Positions 9,849-18,665 of a stretch of 64,000 nucleotides of DNA are shown here, one piece after another; position 1 is the first letter of the stretch; every line of letters begins with the position of its first letter. Below the pieces are notes generated by a model. The model was not told where the DNA came from. It was given only the letters and a program-made list of their open reading frames with translations, and searched no databases. The stretch is from positions 131,683 through 195,682 of the forward strand of contig WGBD01000002.1 of the NCBI GenBank assembly GCA_015494465.1, read 5' to 3'. The translations under genes were made by a program, and so were the position numbers. Origin of the DNA: Candidatus Omnitrophota bacterium (GTDB taxonomy: Bacteria; Omnitrophota; Gorgyraeia; S143-82).

Positions 9849-11521
9849 ATCCTTGGCAAATCCAGGTCCCTGGGGAGGTAAAACTTGTCCCTAAACCTCT
9901 CGTCCTTAACCCGGACATCGTAATTCATGATTATGTGTCCGGAAAAGATAATCGCCTCGTCCCTAGCCACTATCCCTCCGTTAAAGGTTATCGCCCCCAC
10001 CCTGCCCGCTATGGCGTGGTTGGTGTAGATGAAGGCGTCAATCTGGGTGATCTGACTGTAGCTGTCCGCAATCTGACGGACGGTAGAGTCCTTAAAACTG
10101 GACTCGTAGTACCTACGGTTGGACCCGTCCTCCTTCTTGCCTCCATCGTAGTCGGTGTAGTCACCGTCGAACCAAGGGTTGCCATCCGCATCGAAATAAC
10201 TAACATAACCATTGCTGGCGTCCGTGCTATCCACCTTATAGGGGGAGGTGAAATAAGGACTCAGATAATACTTGGGGTAATCCCAAGAGGAATCGGTATA
10301 GTCTCCGATTATCACATTCCCCTTGGCAGCCAGACCTAAGAAGTCCTTACTCGCGTTGGCGGTATCTGTGTCTGCCGGGGAGTAGTCGGGTTTTGGCCAG
10401 GAGGGGGGATCCACATACTCCACATTCCCCAGGATGTGCACATTCCTCCCCGCGTAGATGACCCCCTGCCCCTTCACCTTCCCCTTTATCAAGACGTCGC
10501 CCGTTACCACAACCGGTCCGTTTATCTCTATCGGATTGGCGTCCGTGCCCACCAATATCAGGTTACCGTCGTAAACGCCGTTTATAACGGTGCTTCCTCC
10601 TATCTTTAGGGTCCCACCTTTGGTGGTGGCCACCGTCTTGTAGAACCCCAGGTCTCCTAGATAAGGCATGTTTACCGGGGTCTGGTGGGCATAGTGTTGA
10701 GAATCCCCGTCGTAGCCCGAGAGATAGGTGTAGGTGTCCAGCACCCCGTTCCCGTTGAGGTCCTCACCGGGATCTAGCACCCCGTTTCCGTTCGTATCCT
10801 CACTGGGGGCGGAGGGGTTCCCAGGTCTGGCCCGGGCAGGGGCAGTGGAATAGTAGGTCGAGAGGTCGTCCCAGCGGTTCGTCCCGCTTATGTCCCCGTT
10901 GCTCCCCAGCTCAGGGTCCACCCCCGCGTAGACATCGCCGTTGACCTTTGGATCGTACTTCAGAGAGAAGTCCCCGTTAGAGCGGACATCCCCATTTGCA
11001 GTGATAGAATACCCCCAGAACCAACCGTAGTTGTTTATAAAGTAGGCGTAGTCGAAGACCTCGGAGCGGGCTAGACCGTAGCGGATACCCACCTCCAAGG
11101 TCACCGTCATGTTCTCCACCCTTCCCACCGACCTCAGGACCACCAGCCTACCCACATCCTCGTCCAAGGGCTCTACCCGCTCCAGAGTAACCTCGTAAGA
11201 GCCCTCTCCCACGGTACCTGATACCGGGAATGCGTATTGTCCCGTCCCATTGGCAACATCGTCAAACCAAGTAAAACTGGAATCCGTCCAGGCCCCGGAG
11301 GCACCGTAAAAGTGTTCCATGAAACCGTTGTAGAGCTCGGTCTTCACCCGCTCTATCCCTGCCTGGGCGCAGTACAAGGCCTTGGTGTGGAGTCGCTGAT
11401 AGGTGCTGGTGATGTTGGAGCCGATCACCCTCACCGACATAACCGCTAGCATCCCCATGAAGAATACCATCAACGCATAGGAGGTGATCAACATGAAACC
11501 GTCCCGGGCCCCGATCCGCAT
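9827..11521 (-). CDS. Large PilX-like minor pilin / tip adhesin
   Basis: RDG/FMLIT prepilin lacking Glu5, ALYCAQAGIE PilX N-terminal motif, beta-solenoid-like repeats, EDTNGNGVLDPGEDLNGNGVLD Ca-binding-like repeat. Confidence 0.8.
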   Translation of the reverse strand: MRIGARDGFMLITSYALMVFFMGMLAVMSVRVIGSNITSTYQRLHTKALYCAQAGIERVKTELYNGFMEHFYGASGAWTDSSFTWFDDVANGTGQYAFPVSGTVGEGSYEVTLERVEPLDEDVGRLVVLRSVGRVENMTVTLEVGIRYGLARSEVFDYAYFINNYGWFWGYSITANGDVRSNGDFSLKYDPKVNGDVYAGVDPELGSNGDISGTNRWDDLSTYYSTAPARARPGNPSAPSEDTNGNGVLDPGEDLNGNGVLDTYTYLSGYDGDSQHYAHQTPVNMPYLGDLGFYKTVATTKGGTLKIGGSTVINGVYDGNLILVGTDANPIEINGPVVVTGDVLIKGKVKGQGVIYAGRNVHILGNVEYVDPPSWPKPDYSPADTDTANASKDFLGLAAKGNVIIGDYTDSSWDYPKYYLSPYFTSPYKVDSTDASNGYVSYFDADGNPWFDGDYTDYDGGKKEDGSNRRYYESSFKDSTVRQIADSYSQITQIDAFIYTNHAIAGRVGAITFNGGIVARDEAIIFSGHIIMNYDVRVKDERFRDKFYLPRDLDLPRIWSWKEL

Positions 11522-11528
11522 AGTACCG

Positions 11529-12002
11529 CTACCTCCCTATCTGGGAGAATATCGTTGCCAGTCGATAACTCATAGGCCTACCCCTCACCGTCCAGGTCAG
11601 GGTAAGCTCTACCTCCATCACCGCCTTGGTGAGGTGGGGATGGGCGAATCCTGACCACACATAACCGTCGGCGTAGGTGTAGGACCACTGATTGGCGTAA
11701 CCGTTCTTCTCTTCGTCGTAGACCAAAGGGAAGTCCACCTGCACTTGGAGGTTATCCAACCCCCGCCCGTACCCGTTGCTCACGACCCAGTTGCCCCAGT
11801 CCCTGGTCCTTATATCCTCCAAGGGCGAGTCCGCCATCTCCTCCAAGATCGTTTCCGCCAAGTGGACGGCCTGATTCTTCTTCGCCTGGTAGGAGACATC
11901 TAGGACCTGATAGGTGATCAAACCTAACAGGCCTACGACCGCTATCCCCAGCACGAAGACCGCAACGCTCAACTCCACTAGGCTCAGCCCAGTCCTGTCC
12001 AT
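11529..12002 (-). CDS. Minor pilin (PilV-like)
   Basis: MDRTG/LSLVELSVAVFVLGIAVVGLL class III signal; GGAGGGG RBS before ATG at 12002. Confidence 0.8.
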   Translation of the reverse strand: MDRTGLSLVELSVAVFVLGIAVVGLLGLITYQVLDVSYQAKKNQAVHLAETILEEMADSPLEDIRTRDWGNWVVSNGYGRGLDNLQVQVDFPLVYDEEKNGYANQWSYTYADGYVWSGFAHPHLTKAVMEVELTLTWTVRGRPMSYRLATIFSQIGR

Positions 12003-12011
12003 CTCCCCTCC

Positions 12012-12047
12012 AAAGAAGCGCGAGGGCGGTTCCCCACCGCCCTCGCG
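12012..12047 (-). terminator. Hairpin/weak intrinsic terminator between major and minor pilin genes
   Basis: 12-bp stem CGCGAGGGCGGT/ACCGCCCTCGCG followed by CTTCTTT on the minus strand. Confidence 0.7.
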
Positions 12048-12086
12048 TCGTACTGCACCCAAAGAAGGCCAAATCAGGCTAAGAGA

Positions 12087-12533
12087 CTATATTCTCTCCC
12101 AACCACCGTTATCACAGGTACCGTTGTAAGCGGTCTGCCAGAGATCACCTCCAGTAAGGGCCTTGTAGCACTTGCTCCCAAAGCGCTCGTTCTTGGGCGT
12201 GGCCAGTATGTTGTAACTGTCGGTGCTGATGGAGACCACATTGATGGTGTAGTGCTGAGATCTCAACTCGATACTGCTACCTGCGTTAGAATACCTGCTG
12301 GGCAATAGGTCGTGATTGGCCAAGGTGCTTAACGGATTGGTGTTCGGATACTCGTCCTCCCTTATGAAGTAGGTCTCCAAGGCGGTGGCTATGGTGCGGA
12401 GCTCTCCCAGCGCGGACTTCTCGTTGGCTGCCTTCCTACTACCCACCATGTTGGGTATGGCCACAGCGATGAGGATTGCGATGATCGCAACCACGATCAT
12501 CATCTCGATCAGCGTGAAACCTCTTCTGTCCAT
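12087..12533 (-). CDS. pilA: Major type IV pilin (PilA-like)
   Basis: MDRRG/FTLIEMMIVVAIIAILIAVAIPN; C-terminal Cys pair; first gene behind the riboswitch with strong RBS. Confidence 0.85.
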   Translation of the reverse strand: MDRRGFTLIEMMIVVAIIAILIAVAIPNMVGSRKAANEKSALGELRTIATALETYFIREDEYPNTNPLSTLANHDLLPSRYSNAGSSIELRSQHYTINVVSISTDSYNILATPKNERFGSKCYKALTGGDLWQTAYNGTCDNGGWERI

Positions 12534-12630
12534 CTCTCCCCTCCTCTTTTTAAGGATAAAGCCCAAGAGTGGTTCTTAACCCAAGCCCTCTGCCGACCTC
12601 CGGAGTCCTTTCACCTCCTTTCCGGGCAAC

Positions 12631-12663
12631 AAAAAAACCTGTCCAGCTACGCCAGACAGGTTT
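12631..12663 (-). terminator. Intrinsic terminator, riboswitch expression platform
   Basis: AAACCTGTC-TGGCGTAGCTG-GACAGGTTTTTTT immediately 3' of the aptamer. Confidence 0.85.
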
Positions 12664-12670
12664 ACCCCAT

Positions 12671-12777
12671 CGACCGGCAGCTGGCTGTCCGGACCTCTCT
12701 CCCCCCTTCAGGGCCGAGGCCTTGGGACCCTATAGCTTTGCGCCCCCGCATTCCTGCGGGTTTGCCTTTATCGGTCC
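12671..12777 (-). ncRNA. Cyclic di-GMP-I (GEMM-I) riboswitch
   Basis: Minus strand GGACCGATAAAGGCAAACCCGCA-GGAA-TGCGGGGGCGCAAAGCTATAGGGTC...GGACAGCCAGCTGCCGGTC: GGCAAAC, GNRA-capped P2, GCAAAGC junction and P1 pairing GACCG/CGGTC all match the consensus. Confidence 0.92.
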
Positions 12778-12828
12778 AAAATTCAGACTCCAATCCAGCC
12801 AAAGAGCAGTCAATCTCACCCGATTCAA

Positions 12829-12856
12829 AGTATAGTCTATCAATCCTGCCTGTCAA
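12829..12856 (-). promoter_or_regulatory. sigma70 promoter driving the riboswitch-pilin operon
   Basis: TTGACA-16 nt-TATACT. Confidence 0.75.
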
Positions 12857-12869
12857 CTCTCCCCCCCTC

Positions 12870-12908
12870 AAAGAAAAGAAGGGGAGGCGTGCGCAAACAC
12901 ACCTCCCC
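12870..12908 (-). terminator. Intrinsic terminator of the porin gene
   Basis: GGGGAGGTGTG-TTTGCG-CACGCCTCCCC stem followed by TTCTTTTCTTT. Confidence 0.85.
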
Positions 12909-12921
12909 AACACAGCCGACC

Positions 12922-14145
12922 TTAGAAGTTGACGGTCATGCTGCCGAGGACTTCAAGGGCGGTATCGTCCTTCTCGTAGCAGTCACCCGGCCAGAACGCA
13001 GCGACCGTCAGACCGAACTGGACATCGGAGGTGTAATCCCAAGTGAGATACACATCCAGCTCGTTTCCGAGGTCGTCGTCCTTGTCCACGGAACCGTAAG
13101 CAACATCCTCGTCGGCCCAGAAGTGATAGAAGTCAGCGGACAGGGTGACATCCTCCATCACATCCACCGCACCGCTGAGCTTCAGGGCAAGGATGTTGCT
13201 GTCGAAGTCCACTATCTCACCGATGTCCTGATCGTTGTAAGGGGCATACCAGGCCTCGTAATCCCCAGCGGAAGGATCCTTATCACCGCTCCTGTAGAGG
13301 ACTGCCAGACCGACGCTGGCGTTCTTCTCCGCATCCACCACATAGTTGAGGCTGGCGTCTATCGCCATGGCATCGTAATCGTTCTCACCGTAGTCACCGA
13401 AGAGGTAAGCCACCTCCAAGGCACCGGTGAGCCCTTCCATGATCTCGCCGGTCACCCGACCGCCGATGTACTGACGGGCATCGTCGTTGTTGGCCTCAAC
13501 ATCAGTCCCATCGTAGACATAGTAGAGCTCGATTGCAGCGCCCTTGAGGTCGAAGTTGGTGTCCACGACATAGATGTCGCCTTCACGGCTGTCGGTCAGC
13601 CCCCTGGGACGCAGGTAACCGACCTCTACATTGCCGTTGTCCAAGGCGTAATCCACCACGATCCCGTCGAAGGCGGCCTTCTTGTTCAGGTCCTTGAAGG
13701 TCAGGTTGGAAGCGCTGTCAGGGGTCCCGTCGCCGAGGATCAGCTGGGATCCGAGCTCGTACTTCCAGAACCCTGCCTTCAGGGACACCGGAGCGTAAAG
13801 GAACTCCTTCAACTCCGCATAAGCAGCAGCTGCGTAGACATTGTCCACAGCGTTGCCACCGAACTCCCTCTCGTCCCTGAGGAGGACGGTGGTGGAGACA
13901 TTGTCGGTCAGGTCCGCCTGGACCTTTAACTCGGTGGTGGTCATGAAGATGTCACCTGCCTCGTCGGCAGCATCCTCGTCGTAACCAGCACTGCTGGGCG
14001 CCTGTCCCTGCACGACATAGGCGTTACGATAGACGCCCTTTACCTCTAACTTACCGGAAACCTTTACATTCTGCACCTCGGCATAGGCACCTGCGGCCCA
14101 GAGCGCGACGAGTGCAGAGAGCATTAATATGCTGTACTTGCGCAT
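12922..14145 (-). CDS. Outer-membrane beta-barrel porin (alginate-export-like family)
   Basis: Signal peptide ending AYA, acidic alternating beta strands, DLGNELDVYLTWDY, C-terminal Phe (BAM signal); strong GAGGAGG RBS. Confidence 0.8.
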   Translation of the reverse strand: MRKYSILMLSALVALWAAGAYAEVQNVKVSGKLEVKGVYRNAYVVQGQAPSSAGYDEDAADEAGDIFMTTTELKVQADLTDNVSTTVLLRDEREFGGNAVDNVYAAAAYAELKEFLYAPVSLKAGFWKYELGSQLILGDGTPDSASNLTFKDLNKKAAFDGIVVDYALDNGNVEVGYLRPRGLTDSREGDIYVVDTNFDLKGAAIELYYVYDGTDVEANNDDARQYIGGRVTGEIMEGLTGALEVAYLFGDYGENDYDAMAIDASLNYVVDAEKNASVGLAVLYRSGDKDPSAGDYEAWYAPYNDQDIGEIVDFDSNILALKLSGAVDVMEDVTLSADFYHFWADEDVAYGSVDKDDDLGNELDVYLTWDYTSDVQFGLTVAAFWPGDCYEKDDTALEVLGSMTVNF

Positions 14146-14382
14146 ATCTTACCTCCTCTATGTTCAAAATCTTAGGCTCTCCACCTAAGACTTTATATCC
14201 CTACACCCCTCCAGATAATCCCCAAGCCTTCTTGTTCTTTTTCCTCACCTCCTTTCCAGGCCGTGATTTAGATTATCTGGGGTGTTGTTAAGAACTGCAA
14301 GCCAACAGACACATAAAGAGCGCCACCTTTACGAGTGCAGTAATATTCTGCCAGATATCCCTTCGGATGTCAATCCATAAAA

Positions 14383-15156
14383 TCAGTCCTCCGTCCTGGG
14401 TTCTATCGTCAATTGAACCGGATGCCTTACTACCTGTTCGCAGTAATCCCGCCTGCACCGGATCTTGGCAACGCTCAAGAGCCTTTTTCCTTCGGTCCTG
14501 CGATATCGATCTAGGCCATAATACGCCAAGTGGGTATAGGGCAAGGTCACCCGGAAGTAATCGTTAGGATCACACCTTAAGATGAGGTACAAGGCCCTCC
14601 CTGTCCCCATAACCCTGCATACGCTTCCCTCCACAGCACGGGCACTATCTCGCCACTTCCTCGCCTCTTCAGGAGGGATTATCCCAGGATATCTCCACAG
14701 GCCCCTTTTTGACTCCATAGCCTGCCTCTGGGCCTTGGCCAACAACCCAACATATTTCTCATTTGGCGGGATCACGAACACATAAGCCAGACCTTCCTTC
14801 AAGAGCGCGGTATTCACCATCTCTTTCCCCACCCAGACATAGGCAAGGAGCCGGCCGTACTTGTCCCTGACTACCTCGTCGTACTCCAATTTGATTTTCT
14901 TGCCCCCAACCAGTTGCTCGTTATACCTGTGGGCCTCCCGGGCCCAAGGTTGAGGGGTGGGATAGATCTCGGGGGTATCTATTCCGAGGTACCTGACCTT
15001 CTCCCCACTGTCCAGCACGATAGTATCTCCGTCTACTACATATCTGACCACTGCGGTCTTGGGGAGGCGGGAACAACCCGCAAGGAGAACAACTACCAGA
15101 AAAACCCCAATGGGCAAACGGAAGGGCCTACACGCCTTTCTTGAAGACCCTTGCAT
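14383..15156 (-). CDS. Thermonuclease (SNase) family lipoprotein
   Basis: LLAGC lipobox; VVDGDT, VRYLGIDTPE, DKYGRLLAYV, GLW motifs; extra C-terminal domain. Confidence 0.9.
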   Translation of the reverse strand: MQGSSRKACRPFRLPIGVFLVVVLLAGCSRLPKTAVVRYVVDGDTIVLDSGEKVRYLGIDTPEIYPTPQPWAREAHRYNEQLVGGKKIKLEYDEVVRDKYGRLLAYVWVGKEMVNTALLKEGLAYVFVIPPNEKYVGLLAKAQRQAMESKRGLWRYPGIIPPEEARKWRDSARAVEGSVCRVMGTGRALYLILRCDPNDYFRVTLPYTHLAYYGLDRYRRTEGKRLLSVAKIRCRRDYCEQVVRHPVQLTIEPRTED

Positions 15157-15222
15157 AGCAAAATACCATCAATCCGATTATCAGTGCCCAGGAGATGCCC
15201 ATAAAAATCCAACCGTAGAGAG

Positions 15223-15510
15223 TCATTTCTCCATCACCACCTCGCACAGGACATCGTCTACGACGAACCTGACCCTATTCGCCTCAGCGGATATGACCCT
15301 GACTCTAGCCAGATCGGAGTCCCGTTCCTCCAGCTCCTTCACATCCACCGTTGGGCGGGATCCTTTCCTCATCACCACCCTTACCTTCAGGCTATAACGA
15401 TCCTTTTCTCTCACCAGGGGCCTGAAGATGTCCCTGGCGAGAGCGGTTATTCCCCAGATCAGAGCGAACAGAAAGACCAGTGATGGTAGGGGAAGAAACC
15501 GCTTCTTCAT
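15223..15510 (-). CDS. Small exported protein, possibly PilP-like
   Basis: Signal peptide followed by RDIFRP (cf. PilP RDPF) and a beta-rich domain; coupled to the upstream PilO-like ORF. Confidence 0.5.
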   Translation of the reverse strand: MKKRFLPLPSLVFLFALIWGITALARDIFRPLVREKDRYSLKVRVVMRKGSRPTVDVKELEERDSDLARVRVISAEANRVRFVVDDVLCEVVMEK

Positions 15511-16127
15511 CTCCCTAACCCCTCTGAATAAGGCTTGTAGCGGAAGATTACCTCCATGTCCAGCATTACCCTCTCCTTCCCCGCCTGCTCAGACCAATGG
15601 ACCTCCAGCCGTCTCAGCCTGTAGACCACCGTATCTCCAAGCACTGCAAAGAAGTCGTCCAGCTTGTCGTAGTCCAAGTAGGCCTTTATCTGAACCGGTA
15701 CCATGAGAAACTTCACCCGGTTGACCTCCTGCTCGTAGGGGTGGCCTATCTTCAGAAAGACATCGTAGACCCCTATCTCGTGAAACAAGGACACTAAGGT
15801 GTCGAATACCTTACCGTTCACATAGGGAGTCTTCAGGGTGAGGTAGCTGTTGACCAGGCCTCTTATCTTAAGGTACTCTTTCATCCTCTGGCGTATGCTC
15901 CTGGCCAGGGAGTTGGTCTCTATCCAAAGCCTCTTCTGGGTTTCGTAGACCTTTGAGGCCTTCACCAGAGTCCCTATCCCTGGGACCACAGCCCAGATCG
16001 CAAAGAGGCCAAGGACTATCCAGGCGCTAATCTTAAGGGCCTTGAATAGCCTCTTTGCCCAGACCGGATCCAAGCCAGTGACCAGGTCATCCCATATGTA
16101 GATCAACCGGGACAAAGACAAAAACAT
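15507..16127 (-). CDS. Hypothetical membrane protein, PilO-like architecture
   Basis: Single TM, coiled coil, ferredoxin-like C-terminus with YDKLDDFF resembling the PilO Y..L..F motif. Confidence 0.55.
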   Translation of the reverse strand: MFLSLSRLIYIWDDLVTGLDPVWAKRLFKALKISAWIVLGLFAIWAVVPGIGTLVKASKVYETQKRLWIETNSLARSIRQRMKEYLKIRGLVNSYLTLKTPYVNGKVFDTLVSLFHEIGVYDVFLKIGHPYEQEVNRVKFLMVPVQIKAYLDYDKLDDFFAVLGDTVVYRLRRLEVHWSEQAGKERVMLDMEVIFRYKPYSEGLGR

Positions 16128-16680
16128 AGGAGACGATCCCCTCTCTGGGATTGACTTCCAACCCCTCCAAGCGGATGGTGTTTATGTACTTCCCCAATTC
16201 GCTCTTCGTCAGATCTTTCTTCATGGAAAGAAGGGTCTGATTGAGAAGGTTTTTATCCCCCCTCATCAATCCCTTTCCTATCACCCACAGGGTGTAAGTG
16301 CCGCTCTTCGTCTTATTCCACCTAACCGCGCTTATCCAAAAGGTCTCTGGTAAGTGCTCTTCCAAAAAGGGCCAGAGATGCCTCCACATCTTGCCGTAGC
16401 GGGCCTTTCGCAAAAAGGAGTAATATCGCATCCAGTAATCCCACTTCTCCTCTAGACTGACGGAGAGGGATTCCAGAAATGATTCCCTGGATGCCAAAAT
16501 CCTGCAGATCCTCTCCCGCCTTGCAACATCCCTGGCAGGGGCTATCACCGTGGCGTAGAGAAAGGCCATTACGCAGAGAGAAAGCAAGAGCAAGATACTC
16601 ACATCCTTGCCGTAGGAGGCAAATCGCTTTGTATTTAAGTGATAGCGAGAGAAGTTGGCCACTTTCATAGCGCGCCCCAA
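16087..16680 (-). CDS. Hypothetical membrane protein, PilN-like architecture
   Basis: TM, coiled coil, LEEHLPETFWISAV resembling the PilN L...LP..VWL motif. Confidence 0.55.
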   Translation of the reverse strand: MGRAMKVANFSRYHLNTKRFASYGKDVSILLLLSLCVMAFLYATVIAPARDVARRERICRILASRESFLESLSVSLEEKWDYWMRYYSFLRKARYGKMWRHLWPFLEEHLPETFWISAVRWNKTKSGTYTLWVIGKGLMRGDKNLLNQTLLSMKKDLTKSELGKYINTIRLEGLEVNPREGIVSYVFVFVPVDLHMG

Positions 16681-16692
16681 GTTACTAGAAGA

Positions 16693-17298
16693 TTATACCA
16701 CAGGATTGACCACCTCCACACGACGACCTTTGTGAATAACGGATACCTCTACCTCGTCGCCACTATTTAACGGACCTATCCCTGGAGGGGTGCCGGTGGC
16801 TATTACATCCCCCTCCTCTAAGGTCATCACCCGAGAGATAAAGCTCACCAGATAGGGGATTGAGAAGATCATGTTCGCACTGGAATCTCTCTGTCTCAAT
16901 CGTCCGTTCACCCTGGTCTCCACCTCTATAGGCTGGCTGAGGTCGAAGTCCTCTATTAACTCGTCAGATATTGGGCAGAAGGTATCGTAGGACTTGGCTC
17001 GGGTCCACTGTCCATCTCGTCTCTGGACATCCCTTGCGGTCACATCGTTTAGGGCGGTGATGCCCCGTATTACCTTTGGAACCTCCTCCTCCGAGATCGC
17101 CTTGCACCGCTTACCTATCACCACTGCTATCTCCCCTTCGTAATCAACCCGTCCTACCTCCTCGGGTAAGACGATGGGGTCTCCAGGGCCGATCACAGCC
17201 GTGGAGGGTTTTAAAAAGATGATGGGATACTCCGGGAGATCCATCCCGAGCTCTCGGGCGTGATTGATGTAATTGAGACCGGTCAATACCACCTTCAT
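16693..17298 (-). CDS. Fumarylacetoacetate hydrolase family protein
   Basis: GLNY..HA, PIIFLKP, DYEGE, NDVTARD, AKSYDTF, GDVIATGTP motifs. Confidence 0.93.
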   Translation of the reverse strand: MKVVLTGLNYINHARELGMDLPEYPIIFLKPSTAVIGPGDPIVLPEEVGRVDYEGEIAVVIGKRCKAISEEEVPKVIRGITALNDVTARDVQRRDGQWTRAKSYDTFCPISDELIEDFDLSQPIEVETRVNGRLRQRDSSANMIFSIPYLVSFISRVMTLEEGDVIATGTPPGIGPLNSGDEVEVSVIHKGRRVEVVNPVV

Positions 17299-17302
17299 CT
17301 GC

Positions 17303-17965
17303 CTATACTGGTTTCAAGAAGAGGAATATCAAAGAGTGGACCTCTTCCCCAGTCCTAACTACCAGGGCCTTCACATACAACATCCGACTGTGCTTGCTCA
17401 CCGGTAGGGCCACATCGCAGGCGATCTCCTCGGGAACCACATCCGAGGAATAGATGAGGCGCTTGAACCAGGTGCTGAAGACCTCGTTGTCCGGGAGGTT
17501 GAGGATACCGGATAGTTTGTACTCGTCTTGATCCACCTCAAACAGGCGCTGGGCCTCGGGGTTCAACCGGAAGAAGTCCCTCTCGGTGTCTATCCATATC
17601 ACCGGCTCCTTTACCTCCCTGAGGAGCAGGTTCAGGGCCCGATAATAGAGCAGAACCCTTGACTGCCTCAGCTTCTCAAATTCACCGGTGCGCTTTATGG
17701 CCCCCGCCAGTTGGGCCAACAACGCGCCCAATGGTCCCTTTTCTACTTGGGGAACGGACACCCCAAAGTCCCCCTCCCGAAGGTCCTTCACCAGCTCCTT
17801 CAACTTGGAATAGAACCTCAGCAACCTGATCAGGAAATACGACTCTAGCGCTACCAATACGATTGCCAAGGGGATCAACCAGTAAAGCCCACAAAACCAG
17901 CCAAGTACACCCGACAGGAGGCTTGCAACCAACGCAACCGCGAATAGGAGCAGGACGGGGTTCAT
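17303..17965 (-). CDS. Membrane protein with HAMP-like and PAS-like segments, no output domain
   Basis: Two TMs, LREGDF...LGALL HAMP-like segment, EPVIWID...LNPEAQRLF PAS-like segment; ends without HisKA. Confidence 0.6.
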   Translation of the reverse strand: MNPVLLLFAVALVASLLSGVLGWFCGLYWLIPLAIVLVALESYFLIRLLRFYSKLKELVKDLREGDFGVSVPQVEKGPLGALLAQLAGAIKRTGEFEKLRQSRVLLYYRALNLLLREVKEPVIWIDTERDFFRLNPEAQRLFEVDQDEYKLSGILNLPDNEVFSTWFKRLIYSSDVVPEEIACDVALPVSKHSRMLYVKALVVRTGEEVHSLIFLFLKPV

Positions 17966-17981
17966 AGGATGTCCTTCCCTC

Positions 17982-18665
17982 TTACTGGGAAAAGTTCCGT
18001 ATGCTCTCGTCTGTTCCCACTACTATCAACACATCTCCTTCTTCCAGAACATCGTCGGCCTTGGGCATGTCGTTTATGATCTCCCGATAGGTCCGTTCCC
18101 CAGACTCGGTTATCTCCGGAAGGCGCTTCTTGATAGCGATGATGTTTATGTGATACTTGTTGCGCAGTTGGAGTTCCTTTATCGTCTTGCCGACGAACTT
18201 CTCCGGGACCTTTACCTCCGCGAGGCTGTGGCCTGAGGCAAGGGGTATGTGCTTCTCTATGTGCGAACTCACCATACTGTTGGCGACCATGACCCCCATC
18301 TCCTCTTCCAAGTTTATTATCCTGCTCACCTCCATGTACTTGAGTATCTGGGCCTGCAGGTCGTCCATCGCCCGGGCCAATATGTTGGAAACACCCAGTT
18401 TCTTGAGGACGCTGATGGTCAGGAGATTCGCCTCCACATTGTCGCCTATACAGACTATGGCAGCGTCAACATTGTCTACACCCAAGGACTTAAGGGCCTT
18501 CTCGTCAGTGGAGTCCACTACCACCGCAACTGAGACATAGTCCTTTATGTCCTCAACCTTATCCCTATCCACATCCAGGGCTATCACTTCCACGCCCTTG
18601 TCGCTCAAGGTACGGGCGATGGTGGAACCGAACCTTCCCAGACCAATAACCGCTATCTGTCTCAC
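17982..18665 (-). CDS. ktrA: Ktr/Trk potassium uptake NAD-binding subunit
   Basis: IAVIGLGRFG Rossmann motif; RCK_C with VGKTIKELQLR. Confidence 0.92.
   Translation of the reverse strand: MRQIAVIGLGRFGSTIARTLSDKGVEVIALDVDRDKVEDIKDYVSVAVVVDSTDEKALKSLGVDNVDAAIVCIGDNVEANLLTISVLKKLGVSNILARAMDDLQAQILKYMEVSRIINLEEEMGVMVANSMVSSHIEKHIPLASGHSLAEVKVPEKFVGKTIKELQLRNKYHINIIAIKKRLPEITESGERTYREIINDMPKADDVLEEGDVLIVVGTDESIRNFSQ

Noticed and set aside
12671-12777. Possible 3'3'-cGAMP (GEMM-Ib) riboswitch variant
   Set aside because: The specificity position equivalent to G20 is G, not A.
12662-12913. 83-aa minus-strand ORF upstream of the pilin
   Set aside because: Spans the porin terminator, promoter and riboswitch; not credible as coding.
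12889-13929. 346-aa plus-strand ORF opposite the porin
   Set aside because: Mirror-frame artefact of biased codon usage in a highly expressed gene.
14335-14365. sigma54 promoter upstream of the porin (TGGCAG...)
   Set aside because: No GC at the required -12 spacing.
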